A stretch of 27,196 nt of DNA from Verrucomicrobiota bacterium. Its GTDB lineage: Bacteria; Verrucomicrobiota; Verrucomicrobiia; Limisphaerales; UBA9464. Under the pieces are notes generated by a model. It did no database searches and was not told the origin of the DNA. It saw only the letters and a list, made by a program, of their open reading frames with translations. Positions 1-7,153 of this stretch are shown one piece after another. The DNA lies in the NCBI GenBank assembly GCA_947454295.1, contig CANGMO010000001.1:1-27196 (forward strand). The letters are read 5' to 3'. Position 1 is the first letter of the stretch; each line of letters opens with the position of its first letter. The translations under genes and the position numbers were made by a program.

Positions 1-2
1 CC

Positions 3-2576
3 CTTGAGGTCAACATCAACACGCAGCCCAACGCCCCGGTTCATCTTCAAGAGATCAAGATCGAGGACGGATTTGTCCAATTGACCCACGACTCGCCCGG
101 CTCAGTGACGATCTATTCGTCCTACGACAGCGGACAGACCTGGCAGATTGAGGATTCCGGGATCGTCTGGCCAACGTGGACCGCCAGGCGCTCGATTCAG
201 GAGTCCAGCTGCTGGTATCGGGTGGTAAACGACCAGATTTACGACGCGGTAACCGTGTCGTTGATGCGCAATCCGCCGCCGCTCACGGCCACGGAAAACG
301 TGATGACCAACGCGGCGTACGTGTCGGAACCGCGCAACACCGGGCTGAGCAAGAGCGCCGTCTCCGTTTCCGACGTCCGCGTGGCACCCCTGGTGCAAAG
401 CACCTGGAACCAGGGCGCCGAACGCGGGGTCAACTGCTTCAACTATTACACCCCGAACAACTATGTGGACGGGTGCGTGGCCACCGCTCTGGGGCAGTTG
501 ATGCGCTACTGGCAGTACCCCACATCCGGCATTGGCCGGGTGACCCGCACGGTTTACGTGAACAACGCCGGGCAATCCGCCACCACGCGCGGCGGCGACG
601 GATCGGGAGGTGCCTACAACTGGAGCGCCATGCCACTGAGCCCCTCGACGGCGACCTACAACGCATCGCAATGGCAGATGATCGGCTCGCTTTGCTTCGA
701 CGCCGGCGTGAGCGTGAACATGCAATACGCCGCCAGCGGATCTGGCGCCTACATGTACCAGTGCGCCAGCGCACTGACGTCGGTCTTCCAATACGCGAAC
801 GCCAAGTACGTCAACAGTCCGGGCAACCTGCTGCTGCCCACCGATTCCAATCTGGCGGCGGGATGTCCGGTCTTGTTCGGAATCAGCAGCAGCGGCGGCA
901 ATGGCCACGCGGTGGTCTGCGACGGCTTCGGATACGAGTCGGGAACGCTGTATCACCACATCAACTTCGGCTGGGATGGTGCCTACAACGCCTGGTACGC
1001 CATGCCGAATCTGGAGACGCCCTATTCGTTCAACCGGATCGACACCATCATCTACAATGTCTTCCCCAGCGGGACCGGTGAGCTCCTCACCGGCCGGATA
1101 CTGACTGGACAGGGCGCTCCCGTAACCGGCGCCACCGTCACGGCCACCGCCGCTGGCAGCAGCTACACCGCCACCACGGACTCGAAGGGGTACTACGGCA
1201 TCAAGGTCCCGAGCGCGCGAACCTACAGCGTGACCGCCAGCAAGGCCGGCATGAGCAACTCGACGCGAAGCGCCACCATCGGAACCTCCAGCACCAGCGC
1301 GAGCGGCAATGCAATGGATGTCGATTTCACGCTGAGCAACAATTTTTCGTTCACCGCCATCGGCCTGACCAACAGCGTCTGGCTGCGGTGGTCTGCTCCG
1401 ACGAACAGCGGGCTGCCCAACAACACGGTCTACGTTCGTACCCGCACGGACCGCTATCCCACCAATTCCACCGACGGCAGCCTCGCCTATACCGGCACCG
1501 CGCTCGAGTTTGAGCACACCGGTGTCGATGTCACCGGCACGGTGACCAACTATTACACCATCTGGGGTGACAACGGCTCGCCCTACTTCAGCCTCGGCAG
1601 CGGCGCGCAGGCCTCAACGGTCGCCGACCCCGGTCCCGTGCGCATGCTCTGGCTGCGCGTCACCGGCGAGGTGCTCAGCTGGAACCTCAAGACGAACGGC
1701 GTGCAGAAATCCGGCGGCTTCGCCTACTCCGGCCTCATCAATACAAGTGTATGGCGGGTGGCGGCCTTCGGGGACATCGATCGTGACGGCGTGCCCGACA
1801 TCCTCTGGACGCGCACCACCGGCGAAGTGATCTATTGGCTGATGAATCCGGACGGCACGATGAAGTCCTCCGGCTCCGTCGTGGCGGGGAATGCCACGCG
1901 CAGCGGCTATTACACCCTGGCGGCGTTCAAGGACATTGATGGCGACGGTACGGCAGATGCCCTATGGATCGGCGGCGGCGGCCAGCTGGGTTACTGGCTG
2001 TTGAATCCCGATGGCACCCAGAAAACCGCCGGCGTGGTGGCGGCCGGCAACGTCACGCGCAGCGGCTACTACCGGTTTTCGGGCTTCAGCGACATCGATC
2101 GCGACGGCGTGCCGGACATCCTCTGGGTCGGCAACGGCGGCGAGGTGGGCTACTACATGCTCAACGCCAACGGCACCATGAAGAGCGCGGGCGCCGTGGC
2201 GACCGGCAACAACACACGGAGCGGGTACTACACCGCCGTAGGCTTCGCCGACATTGATCGCGACGGCACTGCGGACATTTTGTGGTCGGGCGCGGGCGGA
2301 GAAGTGGGCTATTGGCTGCTCAACGCCAACGGGACGAGAAAGAGCGCCGGCGTGGTGGCATCTCCCGTTACACCTGCGGGCTATTGGAATGTTCGCGGAT
2401 TCACCGACCTCAATCGCGATGGCACGGCGGACATCATCTGGCTGGGCAACGGCGGCGAAACGCTTAGCTGGACGCTGAACAGCAACGGCACCTTCCGATC
2501 CAGCAGCACCATTCAACCGGCCCTGGTCTCCCGGGCCAACTGGACGCTCTCCGGCGTCAGCAGCCTGACTCCTTGA
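3..2576 (+). CDS. Peptidase C10 (streptopain/SpeB family) cysteine protease, 5'-truncated by the window edge. Architecture: C10 catalytic domain, carboxypeptidase-regulatory-like Ig domain, FnIII-like domain, five FG-GAP-like repeats.
   Basis: The frame is open from position 3 (LEVNINTQPNAP...), so the real start lies outside the window. C10 motifs are present: QSTWNQ, GCVATALGQLMRYW (catalytic Cys), GHAVVCDG (catalytic His) and HINFGWDG. GATVTA...TTDSKGYY resembles a CarboxypepD_reg domain. DIDRDGxxDILW repeats follow at the C-terminus. Confidence 0.9.
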   Translation, partial: LEVNINTQPNAPVHLQEIKIEDGFVQLTHDSPGSVTIYSSYDSGQTWQIEDSGIVWPTWTARRSIQESSCWYRVVNDQIYDAVTVSLMRNPPPLTATENVMTNAAYVSEPRNTGLSKSAVSVSDVRVAPLVQSTWNQGAERGVNCFNYYTPNNYVDGCVATALGQLMRYWQYPTSGIGRVTRTVYVNNAGQSATTRGGDGSGGAYNWSAMPLSPSTATYNASQWQMIGSLCFDAGVSVNMQYAASGSGAYMYQCASALTSVFQYANAKYVNSPGNLLLPTDSNLAAGCPVLFGISSSGGNGHAVVCDGFGYESGTLYHHINFGWDGAYNAWYAMPNLETPYSFNRIDTIIYNVFPSGTGELLTGRILTGQGAPVTGATVTATAAGSSYTATTDSKGYYGIKVPSARTYSVTASKAGMSNSTRSATIGTSSTSASGNAMDVDFTLSNNFSFTAIGLTNSVWLRWSAPTNSGLPNNTVYVRTRTDRYPTNSTDGSLAYTGTALEFEHTGVDVTGTVTNYYTIWGDNGSPYFSLGSGAQASTVADPGPVRMLWLRVTGEVLSWNLKTNGVQKSGGFAYSGLINTSVWRVAAFGDIDRDGVPDILWTRTTGEVIYWLMNPDGTMKSSGSVVAGNATRSGYYTLAAFKDIDGDGTADALWIGGGGQLGYWLLNPDGTQKTAGVVAAGNVTRSGYYRFSGFSDIDRDGVPDILWVGNGGEVGYYMLNANGTMKSAGAVATGNNTRSGYYTAVGFADIDRDGTADILWSGAGGEVGYWLLNANGTRKSAGVVASPVTPAGYWNVRGFTDLNRDGTADIIWLGNGGETLSWTLNSNGTFRSSSTIQPALVSRANWTLSGVSSLTP
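1650..2570 (+). repeat. Five tandem ~53-aa FG-GAP/VCBS-like repeats inside the protease gene
   Basis: The first Asp codon of each D-[IL]-[DN]-x-D-G motif is at 1773, 1932, 2091, 2250 and 2406 (spacing 159, 159, 159, 156 bp). Repeat consensus is approximately YWLLNxxGTxKxAGxVxxGNxTRSGYYxxxGFxDIDRDGxxDILWxGxGGEVG. Block boundaries are approximate. Confidence 0.9.
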
Positions 2577-2683
2577 GACGCTTCCTCTGAGGGCCGCACG
2601 GAACGTCGCGTTTGACTTGATGCGGTGTATGCCACGAATCGCGGCCGTTGGCGGCGACACTGCAAGGGGGGAAAAGAAAGGGG

Positions 2684-2759
2684 TGGTGGCTGCGGCCAGA
2701 ATCGAACTGGCGACACGCGGATTTTCAATCCGCTGCTCTACCAACTGAGCTACACAGCC
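2684..2759 (-). tRNA. tRNA-Phe (GAA)
   Basis: Reverse complement is GGCTGTGTAGCTCAGTTGGTAGAGCAGCGGATTGAAAATCCGCGTGTCGCCAGTTCGATTCTGGCCGCAGCCACCA (76 nt). It has a D arm AGCTCAGTTGGTAGAGC, anticodon stem GCGGA/TCCGC with loop TTGAAAA, a TTCGA T-loop and an encoded CCA end. Confidence 0.98.
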
Positions 2760-2790
2760 CTCCCGTGAGCCGCGAATGAAGTCAATGAAC

Positions 2791-2815
2791 GCCCTTCAAG
2801 GCAAGGGCTTTTTTT
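2791..2815. terminator. Hairpin plus T7 tract (intrinsic-terminator shape on the + strand), overlapping the probable tRNA-Phe promoter on the - strand
   Basis: GCCCTT-CAAGGC-AAGGGC (2791-2808) is followed by TTTTTTT (2809-2815). On the - strand the same bases read AAAAAAAGCCC-TTGCCT, resembling an A-tract plus a -35 box about 40-55 nt upstream of the tRNA. Confidence 0.45.
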
Positions 2816-2830
2816 CGCGGAGTGGAGAAG

Positions 2831-2865
2831 AAGTCGAAAGTCCAAGGTCGAACCTCGAACGTCAG
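2831..2865. repeat. Degenerate heptamer tandem repeat (5 copies)
   Basis: AAGTCGA AAGTCCA AGGTCGA ACCTCGA ACGTCAG, in the intergenic region upstream of the tRNA. Confidence 0.7.
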
Positions 2866-2983
2866 TATCGCCGGACCGGCTGATGACGCGACTCCGAATG
2901 GCGTCTCGCCGCCCTTGGAACGCGTCTCCCATCTCCGAACTTCGATCCCGCAGGCCGGCAGGAATCCGGCGTTGCGTGGCGCT

Positions 2984-4192
2984 CTAATCACCGGCCCGGA
3001 TCCAGGCTTCATTGAAATGGGCATGCCGGATCGACGTGCCGCCGGGCAGATTGTGGGCGCTGTAGGTTGCGTGGAGCGTGCCGTCACGCGACTGCATCAG
3101 GCTCGGATAGCTGAACGATCCCTTGTCCACCGCCGCGTGTTCCAGATGACGCACCACCGGCCAGGTGCGACCCTCGTCCTCGCTCAGCCACAGGGCCAGC
3201 GAATGGCGCCCCTTCTCGGTGTCATTGCCGATGAACACCCACGCGCCACTTCGGAGGACAACGGCCTCCACACCCGATCCGGGATTGGGCAGCACCGTGT
3301 CGACACCTGGTGTCCAGGTCGCGCCGCGATCATGCGATTCGGAGGCGATCACCCGCTTGGGCGGCGGGCCGTTGTCGCGCATCCAGGCCACGAGCGTGCC
3401 GTCGCGGCGCTGCGTGAGGCTGGGCTGGATGTTGCCGCCCCCAATGATCGGCGTGCTACACTGCCAGCTGTTCCCGCCATCATCGGAAATTCCCATCAGC
3501 GAGAACGAAAAGCCGTCGTGGTACAGCGGAAGCAGCATGCGATGGCCCAGCATCGCGGCGTGGGCGCGGGGCATCCAGCCCAGCCGGTTGTAGAGCTGGT
3601 TGGTGGAGTGGCGCTGCATCGCCACCAGGTACTCGTCAACCTCGCGCCGGGTCTCAGCGTTCCAGTTCGACGCGGCAGCGGCGGCAGCGAGCCCGGGGAG
3701 CGCCTTCGCGACGCCCTCCGCAAAGGTCGGCCCCGGGGACAGGTGCACGACGCCTTCCTTGTCCCAACGGGGTGCCCCGGATCCCTCCCACGCATCGCTC
3801 CGGTGATACTTGAGCAGCGCGCTTTCCCACGTGTGGGCCAGGATGGTGGTATGGAACAGCCAGAGCCGCTGGCGATCATCAATGAGGAAGCACGGGTTGC
3901 AGTCGGGATACTCCGGGGTGTCGGCGAGCAAGAAACGCGGCGACCAGGTGGAACTCCCCCGCTTCAGGCGCGCGCCTTCGACGCGAACGTCATCCGCCTT
4001 GCGCTCCCCGGATCCGTGGAACCAGCAGACCAGCAGGTCTCCGCGGCGCGTCTCCACCACGCACGAGGCGTGATTGTGCCAGGGTTCGGGGGCGAAGATC
4101 AGTTCCGATCGATGAAACGGCACTGCCGCGCCCGCGTGAAGTCGGAGGATACCCGCCAGCACGGCGGCCAGAAAAAAGAGTCGGACACTCAT
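2984..4192 (-). CDS. Secreted BNR/Asp-box repeat protein (sialidase-like beta-propeller, BNR_2 type), ~402 aa
   Basis: Start moved to ATG 4192 (MSVRLFFLAAVLAG..., signal-peptide-like) because the longer ORF overlaps dnaA. Asp-boxes: SDDGGNSW, SHDRGATW, SEDEGRTW. Family-style motifs: NHASCVVETRRGDLLVCWFHGSGE, GNIQPS, FSYPSL. Confidence 0.8.
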   Translation of the reverse strand: MSVRLFFLAAVLAGILRLHAGAAVPFHRSELIFAPEPWHNHASCVVETRRGDLLVCWFHGSGERKADDVRVEGARLKRGSSTWSPRFLLADTPEYPDCNPCFLIDDRQRLWLFHTTILAHTWESALLKYHRSDAWEGSGAPRWDKEGVVHLSPGPTFAEGVAKALPGLAAAAAASNWNAETRREVDEYLVAMQRHSTNQLYNRLGWMPRAHAAMLGHRMLLPLYHDGFSFSLMGISDDGGNSWQCSTPIIGGGNIQPSLTQRRDGTLVAWMRDNGPPPKRVIASESHDRGATWTPGVDTVLPNPGSGVEAVVLRSGAWVFIGNDTEKGRHSLALWLSEDEGRTWPVVRHLEHAAVDKGSFSYPSLMQSRDGTLHATYSAHNLPGGTSIRHAHFNEAWIRAGD

Positions 4193-4313
4193 GGGGCGCG
4201 AGAGATCGCAACTGTGCGATGCACACTCATTGGAATCAGCGCACCCTGAACCGAGTAGCCGGAAACTCCATCCCCGGAACGGGGTGTGCCGAACCGGGCC
4301 CGAACGCCAGTGC

Positions 4314-5741
4314 CTAGCGCACCAGCTGCTTTTCCAGGTACCCGACGGCCTGGCGCACCGTGGCATCGACTTCCATGCGATCCTTCACCGCCCGGCAGGC
4401 GTGCAGCACGGTACCATGGTCACGCCCACCGAAGGCATCGCCGATTGCACTCAGGCTGGATTCGGTGAGCTGGCGGGAGAGGAACATGGCGACCTGCCGC
4501 GGGAACGCGATGTTCTCCGGGCGGCGCTTCGAGGTCATGTCGGCCAGACGGATGTCGTAGTGCTCGGCGACCTTCTTCTGGATGAAGTCGATGGTGACCG
4601 TCTGGCGCCCCTCCTCCTGCAGGATTTCGCGGAGCAGGGTCTCGACGGTTTCGAGCGTCAGCGGACGTCCAGTGAGCTGGGCATACGCAGCAACGCGGGT
4701 GAAGGCACCCTCGAGGCGGCGGATGTTGGTGCGGATGTGCTCGGCGAGGAAGTTCGTGATCTCCGGCGGCAGCGCATAGCCGAAGGCCTTCTCCTTCTTG
4801 CGGAGAATCGCCAGGCGCGTTTCGACGTCGGGCGGCTGCAGGTCGGCCGTCTGGCCCCACTCGAAGCGCGACACCAGCCGCTGCTCCAGCCCCTGGATCT
4901 CGCTGGCCGGACGGTCACAGGTCATAACGATCTGCTTCCGATTCTCATGCAGCGCATTGAAGGTGTGGAAGAACTCCTCCTGGATGCGCTCCTTGCCGGC
5001 GAGGAACTGGATGTCATCCACCAGCAGGACGTCCCCCTGGCGGTACTTGCGCCGGAAGCGGGCCAGCGAGTTGTTCTGCAGCGCGTCGATGAACTCGTTG
5101 GTGAAGCGTTCGCAGCTCAGGTAGGCGATTTTGGCCTGCCGCTTGGAGCCGAGAATGTGGTGCCCGATGGCATGCAGCAGATGCGTCTTGCCCAGGCCGA
5201 CGCCGCCGAACAGGAAGAGCGGATTGAAGGCCTTGCCGGGATTCTGGGCAACGGCCACCGAGGCGCTGTTGGCGAACTCGTTGTTGTTGCCGACCACGAA
5301 GGTCGAAAAGGTGTAATTCGGATTGAGCAGCAGCTCGCCGGCGGCGTTGCGGGCATTGCTCGAACCGGAAGTCGCAGCGGCCGGGGCTTCGTCGGCAACC
5401 GCCTGCACCGGCTCCCCGGCGACCGCATCAGCATCGGTATCCGAAACGCCCTCAGCGCCCTGAACGGCAGGCGCAGCGGGACGGTTCCCCGGGGCGGCCA
5501 CCAAAAACTCGATGTGAATCGGTTTCACCGCCGCACGGCTCACGACCGATCGGAGGAGATCCAGATAATTGTCCTTGAGCCACATTTCGCAGAACTCATC
5601 CGCGACTTCGAGCACGAGGGTCTCGCCCTTCATGGTCACCGGGCGGATCGGCGAAAACCAGAGCGAGTAAATCTCGTTCTTCAGCATCCCCCGGAGGGTT
5701 TCCTGGGCAACCGACCAGAGGGCATTTGCAGCAGCGGACAT
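4314..5741 (-). CDS. dnaA: Chromosomal replication initiator protein DnaA
   Basis: Domain I YSLWFSPI; FSTFVVG; NPLFLFGGVGLGKTHL (Walker A); LLVDDIQFL (Walker B); QEEFFHTFN; RLVSRFEWG; NIRRLEGA; domain IV FGGRDHGTVLHA. Confidence 0.98.
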   Translation of the reverse strand: MSAAANALWSVAQETLRGMLKNEIYSLWFSPIRPVTMKGETLVLEVADEFCEMWLKDNYLDLLRSVVSRAAVKPIHIEFLVAAPGNRPAAPAVQGAEGVSDTDADAVAGEPVQAVADEAPAAATSGSSNARNAAGELLLNPNYTFSTFVVGNNNEFANSASVAVAQNPGKAFNPLFLFGGVGLGKTHLLHAIGHHILGSKRQAKIAYLSCERFTNEFIDALQNNSLARFRRKYRQGDVLLVDDIQFLAGKERIQEEFFHTFNALHENRKQIVMTCDRPASEIQGLEQRLVSRFEWGQTADLQPPDVETRLAILRKKEKAFGYALPPEITNFLAEHIRTNIRRLEGAFTRVAAYAQLTGRPLTLETVETLLREILQEEGRQTVTIDFIQKKVAEHYDIRLADMTSKRRPENIAFPRQVAMFLSRQLTESSLSAIGDAFGGRDHGTVLHACRAVKDRMEVDATVRQAVGYLEKQLVR

Positions 5742-5909
5742 GGCGAAGGCGTTGGCGACGGAAACTTAGAAAAGACAAGGTTTATTCACCCCCGCGTTAT
5801 CACAGGGTCGTAACGTGGCACAATGGAGCAAGTTGCGCATCAAAACTTCCCGAATTACCAGTCGCCGTCGCCAGCATTCGCTGGCCCACCGTGACGATCG
5901 ACTTGTTCA

Positions 5910-5922
5910 TAACTCGTTGATT
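5910..5922 (-). promoter_or_regulatory. IHF-type binding site
   Basis: The - strand reads AATCAA-CGAG-TTA, an exact match to the IHF core consensus WATCAANNNNTTR, inside an AT-rich patch of the putative origin. Confidence 0.55.
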
Positions 5923-6055
5923 TTAAGTTGCTTATACTCCACCAACTCTTCAGTTGGGCCGACAGGACTTCCGGGTCGGGATTCCTGATCGGGTGTAACG
6001 ACGGCGGGGGTTTTAGGCAACCGCAGCGCGGCAAACTAGGCGAAACTATTAAGTC

Positions 6056-6075
6056 TTGTTCCCAAGTTGTTCACA
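6056..6075 (+). promoter_or_regulatory. Tandem pair of DnaA-box-like sites with 11-bp periodicity
   Basis: TTGTTCCCA-AG-TTGTTCACA. The second box is one mismatch from TTWTNCACA. Confidence 0.55.
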
Positions 6076-6198
6076 CCGCCCGAAAGCCTCGATTTTTGGC
6101 CGCTTTTGGACAATTCGGGGGACCGTCAGTCGATCCACCGCCATCCGGGCCGCGAACAAGTCGGACCCAGTCGCCAAGAGCACTCTGCCGGGAAGCAA

Positions 6199-6579
<381 letters not shown>

Positions 6580-6633
6580 TTAAGTAAACGCGGTTCATGG
6601 GGAATTCTCCAGAAGCGGTGGAGGTCCCGGTGC

Positions 6634-6649
6634 TGGCACCTTGACGGCA
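6634..6649 (+). promoter_or_regulatory. Possible sigma-54 (-24/-12) promoter for the TPR-like gene
   Basis: TGGCAC-CTTGA-CGGCA has GG-N10-GC spacing and a perfect -24 element, but the -12 element is imperfect (CGGCA versus TTGCA). It lies about 30 nt upstream of ATG 6680. Confidence 0.25.
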
Positions 6650-6679
6650 CCGGACGCTCCGACGAGGTTGGTTTCAGAA

Positions 6680-7129
6680 ATGGCGTCAACGAGCCAACGC
6701 AAGCTGGGCCGGCGACAGGTCCGTGATCTGGAAATCGAAATTGGATTTCTCGAGGCGCTGCTGCGGCGCGATCCCGAGCAGGTGGAGGTGCTGCAGATTC
6801 TGGGCGACGATTACTCCGACGCCGGGCGATATGCGGACGGGCTTCGGGTGGATCAGCAGCTGGTCGGTCTCCGGCCGACCGACTGCAACATCCGATTCAA
6901 CTACGCCTGCAGCCTGGCCCTCACGGGAACTCTCGACCGGGCCTGCGAGGAACTTGAGCGTGCTTTTGATCTGGGATATCGCGACGTGCGGTGGCTGAAG
7001 GAGGACCCCGACCTTGCCGCGCTGCGGAAGCACCCGGCCTTCCGCCGAATTCGCGAGCGCATCCGCACGCTGGAATCGGAAGCCACAGGATCCGTAGCCG
7101 GGGCCGAAGCCGGCACGCCGATCGATTGA
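6680..7129 (+). CDS. TPR-like helical repeat protein (~149 aa)
   Basis: Helical pattern LGDDYSDAGRYADGL...FNYACSLALTG...A...L..AFDLGYRD...L.EDPDL..LR is typical of small TPR proteins. Start is ATG 6680; TTG 6641 is an alternative. Confidence 0.75.
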   Translation: MASTSQRKLGRRQVRDLEIEIGFLEALLRRDPEQVEVLQILGDDYSDAGRYADGLRVDQQLVGLRPTDCNIRFNYACSLALTGTLDRACEELERAFDLGYRDVRWLKEDPDLAALRKHPAFRRIRERIRTLESEATGSVAGAEAGTPID

Positions 7130-7130
7130 T

Positions 7131-7153
7131 CCGCCCGCGTCCCTACGGGGCGG
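7131..7153. terminator. GC-rich hairpin between convergent genes
   Basis: CCGCCC(g)CGT-ccct-ACG-GGGCGG forms a 9-bp stem with one bulge and spans the junction of the two stop codons. There is no U-tract. Confidence 0.35.

Larger units (their letters stand above)
5742..6198. other. Putative replication origin (oriC) and dnaA regulatory region
   Basis: 457-bp non-coding gap upstream of dnaA with AT-rich patches (about 5903-5950 and 6043-6075). DnaA-box-like 9-mers: TTATTCACC 5782-5790, TTGTTCATA 5903-5911, TTGTTCCCA 6056-6064, TTGTTCACA 6067-6075, TTGTCCAAA (- strand) 6105-6113, TTGTTCGCG (- strand) 6151-6159. Contains an IHF consensus site. Confidence 0.6.

Noticed and set aside
102-1517. 471-aa - strand ORF and other alternate-frame ORFs over the protease
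   Set aside because: Antisense shadow of a motif-supported gene. The composition is Arg/Gly/Ala-rich with no motifs, as expected in high-GC DNA.
1650-2570. Periodic DNA repeats considered as a CRISPR-like or non-coding array
   Set aside because: The 159-bp period is a multiple of 3 and the variation is largely synonymous, so these are protein repeats. There are no unique spacers or cas genes.
4193-4366. N-terminal extension of the sialidase-like ORF given in the track
   Set aside because: It overlaps the dnaA 3' end and would bury the signal peptide, so ATG 4192 is preferred.
5761-5790. Possible DnaA-trio / unwinding element next to the TTATTCACC box
   Set aside because: No sustained trinucleotide run with a central A; only a purine-rich patch.
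2822-5813. Long + strand ORFs 2822-4249 (475 aa) and 4191-5813 (540 aa)
   Set aside because: They are antisense to the sialidase-like gene and dnaA and show no recognisable domain.
5816-5831. TGGCAC...AGCAA sigma-54-like motif upstream of dnaA
   Set aside because: GG-to-GC spacing is 9 rather than 10, and it points away from dnaA.
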